Shown: in pieces, positions 48,110 through 57,126 of the stretch
Numbering within the stretch: the stretch's first letter is position 1
Layout of the letters: each line of letters starts with the position of its first letter
Assembly (NCBI RefSeq): GCF_028293085.1
Contig: NZ_JAQGLC010000082.1
Coordinates: 7,615 to 71,614 of the forward strand
From: Sphingomonas bacterium
GTDB lineage: Bacteria > Pseudomonadota > Alphaproteobacteria > Sphingomonadales > Sphingomonadaceae
Direction of reading: 5' to 3'
DNA: 64,000 nucleotides
Notes under the pieces: model-generated
The model's input: the letters and a program-made list of their open reading frames with translations, nothing else
Databases searched by the model: none
What the model was told of the DNA's origin: nothing
Program-made: the position numbers and the translations under genes

Positions 48110-49281
48110 TGGCTCAAGCCTATATCGTCGCGACCGCGCGTACCGCGGGCGGCCGCCGCAAGGGGCGGCTATCCGGCATACATCCGGTCGAACTGGCCGC
48201 GCTGGCGCTCGACGCCGTGGTGCGGCGGGCAGGTGCCGATCCGGCGCTGGTCGAGGATGTCGTGATGGGCTGCGTCAGCCAGACCGCGCAGCAATCGTCG
48301 AATATCGCGCGCAACGCCGTGCTTGCCTCGTGCCTGCCGGTGGCGGTGCCGGCGGTTACGGTCGATCGGCAATGCGGTTCCTCGCAACAGGCGCTGCATT
48401 TCGCCGCGCAGGCGGTGATGGCGGGCGTGCAGGACGTGGTGATCGCGGCCGGTGTCGAGAGCATGAGTCGCGTGCCGATGGGTCTCGCCCGCACGCTTCC
48501 AGACGAGCATGGCTATGGCAATTACTGGAGCCCCGTGATCGCCACGCGCTATCCCGGTCCGATGTTCAGCCAGTTTGCGGGCGCCGAACTGCTCGCGGCT
48601 AAATACGACATCAGTCGTGACGAGATGGATCAGCTCGCGCTCGAAAGCCATCGCCGCGCGGCCGAAGCAACCCGGGCGGGTGATTTCGCGCAGGAGATAG
48701 TCGCGATCGACGTGCCATTGCCGGATGGCGGCACCGTGCGGCACGAGGTGGATGAGGGCATCCGCTTTGACGCCACAATCGAAGCGCTGGCCGGCTTGAA
48801 GACGGTCGCGCCCGATGGCCGCGTCACTGCCGGCAATGCCAGCCAGATTTGCGACGGCTCCTCGGCGGTGATGATCGTCAGCGAGCGCGGCCTGAAGGCG
48901 ATTGGGGTAGAGCCGCTCGCGCGCATCGTGGACCTGACCGTGCTCGGCAGCGACCCGGTGATCATGCTGGAGACCCCGATCGCCGCGACGCGAAGGGCGC
49001 TTGCCCGTGCCGGGCTCTCGATCGGCGGAATCGACCGCTACGAGGTCAACGAAGCCTTTGCCTGCGTGCCGATCGCCTGGGCGCGCGAGACGGGCGCTGA
49101 CCCGGCGCGGCTCAATCCATCGGGCGGTGCGATCGCGCTTGGTCATCCGCTCGGTGCCTCGGGTACGAAGCTGATGGGCACCCTGGTCCACGGCCTGCGC
49201 CGCACCGGCGGGCGCTATGGGTTGCAGGCGATGTGCGAGGCCGGCGGGCTCGCCAATGTCACGATCATCGAGCGGCTCTGA
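48109..49281 (+). CDS. acetyl-CoA C-acyltransferase (thiolase)
   Basis: DRQCGSSQQA, GVESMS, NEAFA, GHPLGASG, MCEAGG. Confidence 0.95.
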   Translation: MAQAYIVATARTAGGRRKGRLSGIHPVELAALALDAVVRRAGADPALVEDVVMGCVSQTAQQSSNIARNAVLASCLPVAVPAVTVDRQCGSSQQALHFAAQAVMAGVQDVVIAAGVESMSRVPMGLARTLPDEHGYGNYWSPVIATRYPGPMFSQFAGAELLAAKYDISRDEMDQLALESHRRAAEATRAGDFAQEIVAIDVPLPDGGTVRHEVDEGIRFDATIEALAGLKTVAPDGRVTAGNASQICDGSSAVMIVSERGLKAIGVEPLARIVDLTVLGSDPVIMLETPIAATRRALARAGLSIGGIDRYEVNEAFACVPIAWARETGADPARLNPSGGAIALGHPLGASGTKLMGTLVHGLRRTGGRYGLQAMCEAGGLANVTIIERL

Positions 49282-49301
49282 AGCAGGATACGGGAGAGAC
49301 T

Positions 49302-50084
49302 ATGCAGATCGACGAGACGATCGTTGCAGTGGTGACCGGGGGCGCCTCGGGCCTTGGCAAGGCGACCGCGGCGGCGCTGGTCGAAAAAGGCGCGAAGGTC
49401 GCGCTGTTCGACGTCAACGCCGAGGCTGGTGAGGCCGCAGCGGTCGAGATCGGCGCGCTGTTCTGCCAGGTCGACATCCTGTCCGACGAAGGCGTGGATG
49501 CGGCCTTTGCGAAAGCACGCGCGGCGCATGGCCAGGAGAATGTGCTGATCAACTGCGCCGGTATCGGCAAGTCGTTCAAGACCGCCTCGCGCGACAAGGC
49601 CACCGGCGAGATCAGGCGCTTCCCGATGGAGATGTTCATCCGCATCCTGTCGGTGAACGGGATCGGTACCTTCCGCTGCATCAGCGCTTCAGCGGCGGGC
49701 ATGTTGACGCTGTCGCCGGGCGAGGATGGCGAGCGCGGCGTGATCGTCAACACCGGATCGGTCGCGGCGCAGGACGGCCAGGTCGGGCAGGCGGCGTACA
49801 GCGCGTCCAAGGGCGCGATCGTCGCGATGACATTGCCGATCGCGCGCGATTTCATGAATGACGGGATCAGGGTCAACACGATCCTGCCCGGCATCTTCGA
49901 TACGCCGCTGATGATGGGCGCACCGCAGCATGTGAAGGATGCGCTCGCCGCCTCGGTGCCGTTTCCGAAGCGCTTCGGCATGCCGGCCGAATATGCCTCG
50001 CTCGCGCTGGAGATGATCCGCAACCGCTATCTCAATGGCGAAATCGTCCGCCTCGACGGCGCGATCCGCATGGCGCCGCGCTGA
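49302..50084 (+). CDS. SDR, type-II 3-hydroxyacyl-CoA dehydrogenase (HSD10-like)
   Basis: TGGASGLG, DGQVGQAAYSASKG, RLDGAIRM. Confidence 0.92.
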   Translation: MQIDETIVAVVTGGASGLGKATAAALVEKGAKVALFDVNAEAGEAAAVEIGALFCQVDILSDEGVDAAFAKARAAHGQENVLINCAGIGKSFKTASRDKATGEIRRFPMEMFIRILSVNGIGTFRCISASAAGMLTLSPGEDGERGVIVNTGSVAAQDGQVGQAAYSASKGAIVAMTLPIARDFMNDGIRVNTILPGIFDTPLMMGAPQHVKDALAASVPFPKRFGMPAEYASLALEMIRNRYLNGEIVRLDGAIRMAPR

Positions 50085-51211
50085 TGCAGCTTGAGCGCGA
50101 TGAGGATGAACTGGCGCTCGGTGAAGGCATCGAGCGGATGGTGTCGGGTTGCGCGGAAGCCTCGTGCACGACGGAGGATCGCGCCGCCATGCTCTGGCGC
50201 ACGATGATCGCCGATGGCTGGGTCGGGCTTGCCTTGCCCGAGCATCGCGGTGGCGTCGGCGGCTCGCTTGATCTGCTCTGTACGATGATGGAGCAATGCG
50301 GCCGTCACGCGCTGGTGACCCCCTTCTTCTCCTCGATCATGCTTGGCGCGCGCTTGCTGGCGGAGACCGATGCAGCGGGCAAATGGAATGATCTTCTGGG
50401 CGAAACCGCGGCGGGCGATCGCCTGCTTGCCTTCGCGCATGAGGAGTTGGCGACCGCCTATGGCGAAGCTCGCGCCACCATCGCGCAACGTGCCGGCGAC
50501 GGCTGGCGCATCACCGGTCACAAAATCGCCGTGCTGGGCGCAGGCGCTGCGAGCCATCTGCTCGTCTCGGCCTCGGCCGAGGGTGGCGCCGCGCTGTTCC
50601 TGCTCGACCGCAACGATCCCGGCCTCACCCTTCGCCCCTATCCGACGCTGCGCGGCGAGGATGCCGCCGATATCGCGATCGACGCGACGGTGCCCGATGA
50701 GGCGCTGCTTGCGCTCGATGCCGGCGAGGCGATCGACCGCCTCACCGACGCGGCGCTGGTCGCCCTTTGCTCGGAGGCGGTCGGCGCAATGCGATGGCTG
50801 ATCGATGCCACCGCCGACTATGCGGCCATCCGCAAGCAATTCGGCCGCCCGCTCGCCGAGTTCCAGGTGATTCAGCATCGCCTGGCCGAGATGGCGGTCC
50901 AGTTGGAGGACGCGCGCGCCGCCACCCAGCTCGCGATCGTGACGGCGGGCGACCCCGACCGATGCGGCCGCGCGGCGAGCACGGCCAAGCTGGTGACCGG
51001 CAGCGCGGCCGCCTTTGTCGGCGAGCAGGCGATCCAGCTCCACGGCGCGATGGGGGTCACCGAGGAACTGCCGGTCGGCCGCTATGTTCGCCTGCTGACC
51101 GCGTTCGACTATCTGCTCGGCGATAGCGACGCGCACATCGCACGCTATGCCAGAACGGTTATCGGCCCCGGTCTCCAGCGCTTCAGCGTGATCCTGGGAG
51201 CCGCCGCATGA
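50084..51211 (+). CDS. acyl-CoA dehydrogenase, beta-type subunit
   Basis: RKQFGRPLAEFQVIQHRLA, QLHGAMGVTEE. Confidence 0.88.
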   Translation: MQLERDEDELALGEGIERMVSGCAEASCTTEDRAAMLWRTMIADGWVGLALPEHRGGVGGSLDLLCTMMEQCGRHALVTPFFSSIMLGARLLAETDAAGKWNDLLGETAAGDRLLAFAHEELATAYGEARATIAQRAGDGWRITGHKIAVLGAGAASHLLVSASAEGGAALFLLDRNDPGLTLRPYPTLRGEDAADIAIDATVPDEALLALDAGEAIDRLTDAALVALCSEAVGAMRWLIDATADYAAIRKQFGRPLAEFQVIQHRLAEMAVQLEDARAATQLAIVTAGDPDRCGRAASTAKLVTGSAAAFVGEQAIQLHGAMGVTEELPVGRYVRLLTAFDYLLGDSDAHIARYARTVIGPGLQRFSVILGAAA

Positions 51212-52395
51212 ATATCGATCTGACGCGGGAGGAACAATTGTTCCGCGCGGAAGTCCGGGCCTTTCTCGACGCGAATCTCACAGACGAGATGCGGCGCGGC
51301 CAGAAGCTTACCACCGGCGTCTATCCCGAGCCGGAGATCTCGCGCCCCTGGCATCGCAAGCTCGCCGAACGCGGCTGGGTCGCACCGCTCTGGCCGGTGG
51401 AACATGGCGGCCCCGGCTGGACCCCGGTCCAGCGCTTCATCTTCGAGGCGGAGTGCGCGCTGGCGAGCGCACCGCTGATCTATCCGATGGGGGTGCGCCT
51501 CGTCGCGCCGGTCATCATCAAATTCGGCACCGAGGAGCAGAAGGCGCGCTATCTGCCGCGCATTCTGTCGGGTGAGGATTATTGGTGCCAGGGCTATTCT
51601 GAACCAGGGGCCGGCTCCGATCTCGCGGCGCTGCAGACCCGCGCGATCCCCGATGGCGATGACTATGTCGTCAACGGCACCAAGATCTGGACGACTCACG
51701 CCCACCACGCCAACCGCATCTTCATGCTGGTGCGCACCTCGACCGAGGGCAAGCCGCAACAAGGTATCTCCTTCCTGCTCGTCGACCTCGACAGCCCGGG
51801 CATCGAGATCCGCCCGATACGGTCGATCAGCGGCGAGCACGAGGTGAACCAGATCTTCTTCGACGATGTCCATGTGCCCCGCGCCAACCTGATCGGCGAA
51901 GAGAATGGCGGATGGGACTGCGCCAAATATCTCCTCGATTTCGAACGCGGCGCCGGCCTGTTCAGCGGGCGGCTGCGTGCCTCGCTCAACCGCGTCCGCG
52001 ACGCGGTCGCGGCGCTGGAATCGGAAGGGGCGCCCGGCCTGGATCGGCCGCACGCAATGCGGCGCTTCGCTGAGGTCGCGATGCGGCTCGACGCGTTCGA
52101 GATGCTCGAATTGATGAACCTGCGCCAGGCGACGCGCGGTGGTGGCGATGCCGGTCCCTCGATCCTGAAGCTCAAGGCCAGCCGCATGAAGCAGGAGATT
52201 GGCCGGCTGGCAATGGACCTGACCGGCCTGGCTGCGCTCGAATGGACCGGCAGCACGCAGGACGAAGACGGTGACGGTGACGGGCTGAAGCGTACCGCCG
52301 CGATGGACTATCTGAGCGGTCGCGCCTTCACGATCTTTGGCGGGGCGCAGGAGATCCAGCTGGGCATCATCGCGCGCAACGTCATGCGGAAATAG
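51208..52395 (+). CDS. acyl-CoA dehydrogenase, alpha-type subunit
   Basis: WCQGYSEPGAGSDLA, NGTKIWTT, VNQIFFD, DFER, TIFGGAQEIQ. Confidence 0.92.
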   Translation: MNIDLTREEQLFRAEVRAFLDANLTDEMRRGQKLTTGVYPEPEISRPWHRKLAERGWVAPLWPVEHGGPGWTPVQRFIFEAECALASAPLIYPMGVRLVAPVIIKFGTEEQKARYLPRILSGEDYWCQGYSEPGAGSDLAALQTRAIPDGDDYVVNGTKIWTTHAHHANRIFMLVRTSTEGKPQQGISFLLVDLDSPGIEIRPIRSISGEHEVNQIFFDDVHVPRANLIGEENGGWDCAKYLLDFERGAGLFSGRLRASLNRVRDAVAALESEGAPGLDRPHAMRRFAEVAMRLDAFEMLELMNLRQATRGGGDAGPSILKLKASRMKQEIGRLAMDLTGLAALEWTGSTQDEDGDGDGLKRTAAMDYLSGRAFTIFGGAQEIQLGIIARNVMRK

Positions 52396-52405
52396 GGAAA
52401 CACCA

Positions 52406-52723
52406 ATGGCGACGATCAACTTCATCGATCATCAGGGCACGAAACGCGTGGTCGAAGCCGAAGCGGGGTCGGTGATGGAGGCCGCGGTCAACAACGGTAT
52501 CCCCGGCATCGACGCGGATTGCGGCGGCGCCTGTGCCTGCGCGACCTGCCATGTGTTTGTCGCCGCGGACTGGACCGGGATCGTCGGGACGGCGACGCCC
52601 GATGAACTCGATCTGCTCGAGTTCGTCGACGGCGTGACCCCCAATAGCCGCCTGTCGTGCCAGATTCCCGTCTCGGACGAGATTGACGGAATCACCGTCA
52701 CGACGCCCGCGACGCAGCACTGA
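52406..52723 (+). CDS. 2Fe-2S ferredoxin
   Basis: ADCGGACACATCHVFV ... SRLSCQI; start ATG 52406. Confidence 0.95.
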   Translation: MATINFIDHQGTKRVVEAEAGSVMEAAVNNGIPGIDADCGGACACATCHVFVAADWTGIVGTATPDELDLLEFVDGVTPNSRLSCQIPVSDEIDGITVTTPATQH

Positions 52724-52797
52724 CGTTCGCGGGAGCAACGGCGACAACACCCGGAAACCGCCCCCGCCGATGGACGGTTGCGGCTTGCTCCGCTGTG

Positions 52798-52815
52798 CAA
52801 TTCCTTATAATGATT
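52798..52815 (+). promoter_or_regulatory. motif A-like site CAATTCCTTATAATGATT
   Basis: 14/18 to motif A; upstream of the LLM-Rieske operon. Confidence 0.5.
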
Positions 52816-52851
52816 GTTATCGACCCCTCCAAGGGGCACAGAGGGCGAGGC

Positions 52852-53763
52852 ATGGCCGCGAAACTGAAATTCGGCACCAACAACTACAAGTTCACCGATA
52901 TCCCGGGCAGCCACGATGCCATGGTCGAATTCGTGCGGACCGCGGACGCGCTGGGTTATTATCACATTCGCGTCGTCGACCATGTCCTGGGCGTCCATGC
53001 CGACCGGCACGGCGGGATCGATTCCACGCCCTATACCGCCGACAGCAATCTGCATGAGTGCCTGACGCTTCTCGCCTATCTCGCGGCGGTCACGACCAAT
53101 ATCCGGCTCGAAACCGGCGTGCTCGGCCTGCCGCAGCGCCAGACCGCGCTGGTCGCCAAACAGGCGGCCGAGATCGACATCCTCTCGCGCGGCCGCCTGA
53201 TCCTCGGTGTCGGCGTCGGCTACAACAATGTCGAGTTCGAGGCGCTGGGCGCCGGCTTCTCCGATCGCGGCAAGCGTTTCGAGGAACAGGTCCATGTCCT
53301 GCGCCAGCTCTGGACTCAGGACGAGGTCACCTTCAGCGGCGAATGGCACAGCTTGCGCGACGTGAGCCTCGCGCCGCGCCCCGTCCAGCGGCCGATTCCG
53401 CTGTGGTTCGGCCTCGGCCGGGTGATTGCCCCCATTCCGCCCGACATCGTGCTGCACAGGGTCGGGCGGCTCGCCGACGGTTGGCTACCCCTGTTCAAGG
53501 TGACCGACCCTGAAGCACCGGTCGCGGTTGGCAAGGTGCGCGAGGCCGCATGTCGCGCCGGCCGCGACCCCGCCGCGATCGGCATGGAGATGAACCTCCG
53601 TCTCGAGGACAAGAGCGACGATGCCCTGCTCCGCGAGATTGACCTGATGGTCGAGCTCGGCGCCGAGCGCGTCAATGTCGGCTTTGCGGAAACCACGCCC
53701 GACGCGTTGATCGCGGCGCTGCACCGCTTCCGCAAGCTGGTCGATCGGTACGAGGCACTATGA
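52852..53763 (+). CDS. LLM-class (luciferase-like, probable F420-type) oxidoreductase
   Basis: DHVLG, LAYLAAVT, LPQRQTALVAKQAAEIDILSRGRLILGVGVGYN.VEF, PRPVQRPIPLW. Confidence 0.88.
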   Translation: MAAKLKFGTNNYKFTDIPGSHDAMVEFVRTADALGYYHIRVVDHVLGVHADRHGGIDSTPYTADSNLHECLTLLAYLAAVTTNIRLETGVLGLPQRQTALVAKQAAEIDILSRGRLILGVGVGYNNVEFEALGAGFSDRGKRFEEQVHVLRQLWTQDEVTFSGEWHSLRDVSLAPRPVQRPIPLWFGLGRVIAPIPPDIVLHRVGRLADGWLPLFKVTDPEAPVAVGKVREAACRAGRDPAAIGMEMNLRLEDKSDDALLREIDLMVELGAERVNVGFAETTPDALIAALHRFRKLVDRYEAL

Positions 53764-54839
53764 GCACCGACACCACAGGCACGGCGATGGCACCGGCCGG
53801 GAGAGCAACCATGACTCCGCAGACCTTGAGGGACATGCCGGAAAGCATCGGCTTTCCGTACAAGCTGATGCCGACCGGCTGGTTCCAGATCGCGTGGAGC
53901 CATCAGCTCGCGGTCGGGCAGGTCCGCCCGCTGCATTATTTCGGCCAGGAGATCGTCCTCTATCGCACGGAGGAAGGGGAGGCGGTCACCGTATCGGCCT
54001 ATTGCCCACATCTCGGCGCGCATCTCGGCCATGGCGGCACGGTCCATGGCTGCGCGATCAAATGCCCGTTCCATGGCTGGGAGTGGAACCAGGATGGCAC
54101 CAACCGGCTCGTCCCTTCCGACGATGCGCCGAGCCTCGCCCGCCGCGTCCTCGAAACCTGGCCGACCGCCGAGAGCAACGGCGTCGTCTGGGTCTGGCAC
54201 GATGCGCATCGGCGCCCCCCGATATGGCCTTCGCCCGCGGAACGGCGGCACGAACGACCTTTCCTGCCGGTCACCGACGACACCATCTATCTCTGGGACA
54301 AGGTCAGGGTCCGGCCCGCGCTGGTGACCGAGAACACGGTCGATCTCGATCACTTCGTCTTCGTCCACAAGAACCGCATCCTGCCGGTCGTGCGCCAGCC
54401 GACCGACCTGCCCGAGCTGATCGAGGACGGCTATCGCTTCCGCCTCAACCGCGCGGCGCCGCTGCAGAGCACGGTCGCGGAGGGCGTCGGCATCCTCACC
54501 GTCGATTTCCCGCCCGATCCGGACCGGCCGCACCGTATGCCAACCCTGCTTTACGCCAACACCACGCCGATCGACGACGAGCACAGCGACATGTTCGGAA
54601 CGGTGCTGGTCGAGCAGGACTGGGCAGCGGAAGGCGCGGGCGACACCGTGCCGGTCGGCAATGCGCTGAAGCGGGTGGTCGAGCAGAAGAAGCAGGCGGG
54701 CGTCGACATCCCGATCTGGTCGAACATGATCTACCTGCAGCGGCCCGCTTATGCGCGGCACGAGGGGCGGCCGTTCAAGATGATCCGCAACTTCATCGCC
54801 AAATTCCACCCCGATAGCGGCGTCGCGCTCGATCTCTGA
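53760..54839 (+). CDS. Rieske non-heme iron oxygenase (KshA/Neverland-like)
   Basis: PTGWF, CPHLG, CPFHGW, ENTVDLDHFVFVH, DIPIW. Confidence 0.88.
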   Translation: MSTDTTGTAMAPAGRATMTPQTLRDMPESIGFPYKLMPTGWFQIAWSHQLAVGQVRPLHYFGQEIVLYRTEEGEAVTVSAYCPHLGAHLGHGGTVHGCAIKCPFHGWEWNQDGTNRLVPSDDAPSLARRVLETWPTAESNGVVWVWHDAHRRPPIWPSPAERRHERPFLPVTDDTIYLWDKVRVRPALVTENTVDLDHFVFVHKNRILPVVRQPTDLPELIEDGYRFRLNRAAPLQSTVAEGVGILTVDFPPDPDRPHRMPTLLYANTTPIDDEHSDMFGTVLVEQDWAAEGAGDTVPVGNALKRVVEQKKQAGVDIPIWSNMIYLQRPAYARHEGRPFKMIRNFIAKFHPDSGVALDL

Positions 54840-54868
54840 TCCGCGTTCGCGCGTAACCAAGGACTTTC

Positions 54869-56386
54869 ATGGCCCTTCCCTCGCTCTACCGGATCGCGCA
54901 GCAACAAGCGCTGAGCTACCCGCAACGCACGGCGGTCGTGCACGGATCGCTGCGGCTGGACTTCGCCGAGCTGGCCGATCGCGCCAGGCGCGCCGCCGCG
55001 ATGCTCACCGGACTGGGCGTGGGGGCGGGGGATCGCGTCGTCTGGCTTGGACAGAACAGCAACGCGGTGGTCGAACTGCTGCTCGGCTCGAACCGAATCG
55101 GCGCGATGCTGTGCGTCGCGAACTGGCGCCAGTCCGCCGACGAGTTGCTGTTCGTCCTCGACGATCTGACGCCGAGCGCGATCTTCTGGGAGATGAGCGA
55201 AACCGGCACCGTCACCGCCGATCTGCGCGCACGAGCGTCGGCGAACACTTTGTGGGTCGCGAGCGATGACGATGGACCTGACGGCTATGAGGCTCGGCTC
55301 GCTGGCGCCGATGTCAGCGAGCTGCTGGCGACAGAGGGGCCGGGCGAGGCGCCGCTCCTGCTGCTGTACACGGCCGCCTTCGGAGGCAAACCCAATGCTG
55401 CGCAGATCTCGAGCGATGGCCTGATGCTGCAGGCTTTGCTGCACATACCCGCCCTCGACATCGCGCCGGGCAATGTCGCGCTGATCGGCACGCCAATGTT
55501 CCATATCGTCGCCTGGATCGACCTGATCCCGACCTTTCTGATGGGCGGCACGGCCCTGATCGCGAAGCGCGCCGACGCCGACGAATTATGCGGTCTGCTC
55601 CATCGGGAACGGCCCGTTACCGGTCGCCTTCACGCACCGACGGCCGAGAAGCTCGTTGAAATGAACCGCGATGGCCGCTTCGATTTCGGGTCGTTCCGCA
55701 GCTCCCTCAACGTACCCGGCTGGCGCGAGATGACCGCGCGGGGCCCAGAACTCGGCGGCTATGGCCAGACCGAGACGATCGGTCCTGTCGTCCTGCGCTC
55801 GCTCGGCGAGGCGGGCAACGGCCCGATGGCGGGACGTCCGTCGCCGCTCGCCGAAGTGCGGATCGTCGACGGCAACGGCCGCGATATCGCCGATGGCGGT
55901 ATCGGCGAGATGCTGGTGCGCACCCCGACCGGCGGTCTTGGTTATTGGAACCGTCCCGAGCTCAACGCCGAGCGCATGGTGGAAGGGGGCTGGTGGGCGA
56001 CGCGCGATCTCGGCCGGCGCCTGCCGGACGGGACGATCAGCTTCGTCGCGCCCAAGATGCAGATGATCAAGACCGGGGCCGAGAATGTCTATCCGGCCGA
56101 GGTCGAGGCTGTGCTGAGGGAGCACCCGGCCGTCGCGTCGACCGCGATCATCGGCGTGCCCGATCCCCAATGGCACCAGAGCGTCACCGCGATCGTCGTG
56201 CTGAGGCCGGACGCCGACGCCGACGAGCAGGCGCTGATCGATCACGTGAAGGGCCGCATCGCCCGGTACAAGGCGCCGAAGCGGGTGATCTTCACCGACG
56301 CCATTCCGATGAAAGGCTTCGTGCCCGACTACCGCTTGCTCGACGAGCGTTTCGGTGGCGGCAACTATCCGGGCGAGGCGGCATGA
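54869..56386 (+). CDS. AMP-binding (ANL) enzyme with atypical P-loop
   Basis: YGQTE, GYWNRPE, IKTGAENVYPAEVE, RYKAPK; P-loop reads YTAAFGGKPN. Confidence 0.85.
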   Translation: MALPSLYRIAQQQALSYPQRTAVVHGSLRLDFAELADRARRAAAMLTGLGVGAGDRVVWLGQNSNAVVELLLGSNRIGAMLCVANWRQSADELLFVLDDLTPSAIFWEMSETGTVTADLRARASANTLWVASDDDGPDGYEARLAGADVSELLATEGPGEAPLLLLYTAAFGGKPNAAQISSDGLMLQALLHIPALDIAPGNVALIGTPMFHIVAWIDLIPTFLMGGTALIAKRADADELCGLLHRERPVTGRLHAPTAEKLVEMNRDGRFDFGSFRSSLNVPGWREMTARGPELGGYGQTETIGPVVLRSLGEAGNGPMAGRPSPLAEVRIVDGNGRDIADGGIGEMLVRTPTGGLGYWNRPELNAERMVEGGWWATRDLGRRLPDGTISFVAPKMQMIKTGAENVYPAEVEAVLREHPAVASTAIIGVPDPQWHQSVTAIVVLRPDADADEQALIDHVKGRIARYKAPKRVIFTDAIPMKGFVPDYRLLDERFGGGNYPGEAA

Positions 56387-57126
56387 CCGACTATTTCGAC
56401 CTGACCGGCAAGATCGCGCTGGTCACCGGCGGCAGTCGCGGCCTCGGTCTCGATATCGCCAAGGGGCTGGCTGCCTGCGGGGCCGAAGTGATCGTTGTCA
56501 GCCGCAAGCTCGAGGCGTGCGAGGCAGCGGTCGCCGAGATCGAGGCGGCGGGCGGGAAGGCGATCGCCGCCGCCTGCCATGTCGGCAACTGGGCGGAGAT
56601 CGGCGCGCTGGTCGAGATGGTCAAGGACCGCTTTGGCCGGCTGGATATTCTCGTCAACAATGCCGGGCTCGGGCCGGGCACGCCGGTCTCGACCGACGTG
56701 ACCGAGGAGCTGTTCGACAAGGTCCTGGCGGTCAATCTCAAGGGTCCATTCCGCCTCGCCGCGCTGATGGGGGAAATGATGCGCGAGAAGGGCGGCGGCT
56801 CGATCGTCAACATCACCAGCACCGCCGCGGTGAAGCCCAAGGCCGAAACCTCGATCTATGCCGCGGCCAAGGCGGGCCTCAATGCGATGACGAAATCGCA
56901 CGCGTTCGAGTTCGGCCCGACGGTCCGCGTCAACGCGATCATGTGCGGGCCCTTCTGGACCGATATCTCGAAATCCTGGCGCGAGGAGGCAGACCGGACC
57001 TCCCAGGCCGCGGCGAAGCGCATCGGCCGTCCGCACGAGATCGTGACGACCGCACTCTATCTGGCCTCGCCTCATTCCAGTTTCACGACCGGCTCGATCA
57101 TCCAGCTCGACGGCGGCTTGCCGTGA
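56383..57126 (+). CDS. SDR
   Basis: FDLTGKIALVTGGSRGLG, VNNAG, YAAAK; ATGA overlap. Confidence 0.92.
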   Translation: MTDYFDLTGKIALVTGGSRGLGLDIAKGLAACGAEVIVVSRKLEACEAAVAEIEAAGGKAIAAACHVGNWAEIGALVEMVKDRFGRLDILVNNAGLGPGTPVSTDVTEELFDKVLAVNLKGPFRLAALMGEMMREKGGGSIVNITSTAAVKPKAETSIYAAAKAGLNAMTKSHAFEFGPTVRVNAIMCGPFWTDISKSWREEADRTSQAAAKRIGRPHEIVTTALYLASPHSSFTTGSIIQLDGGLP

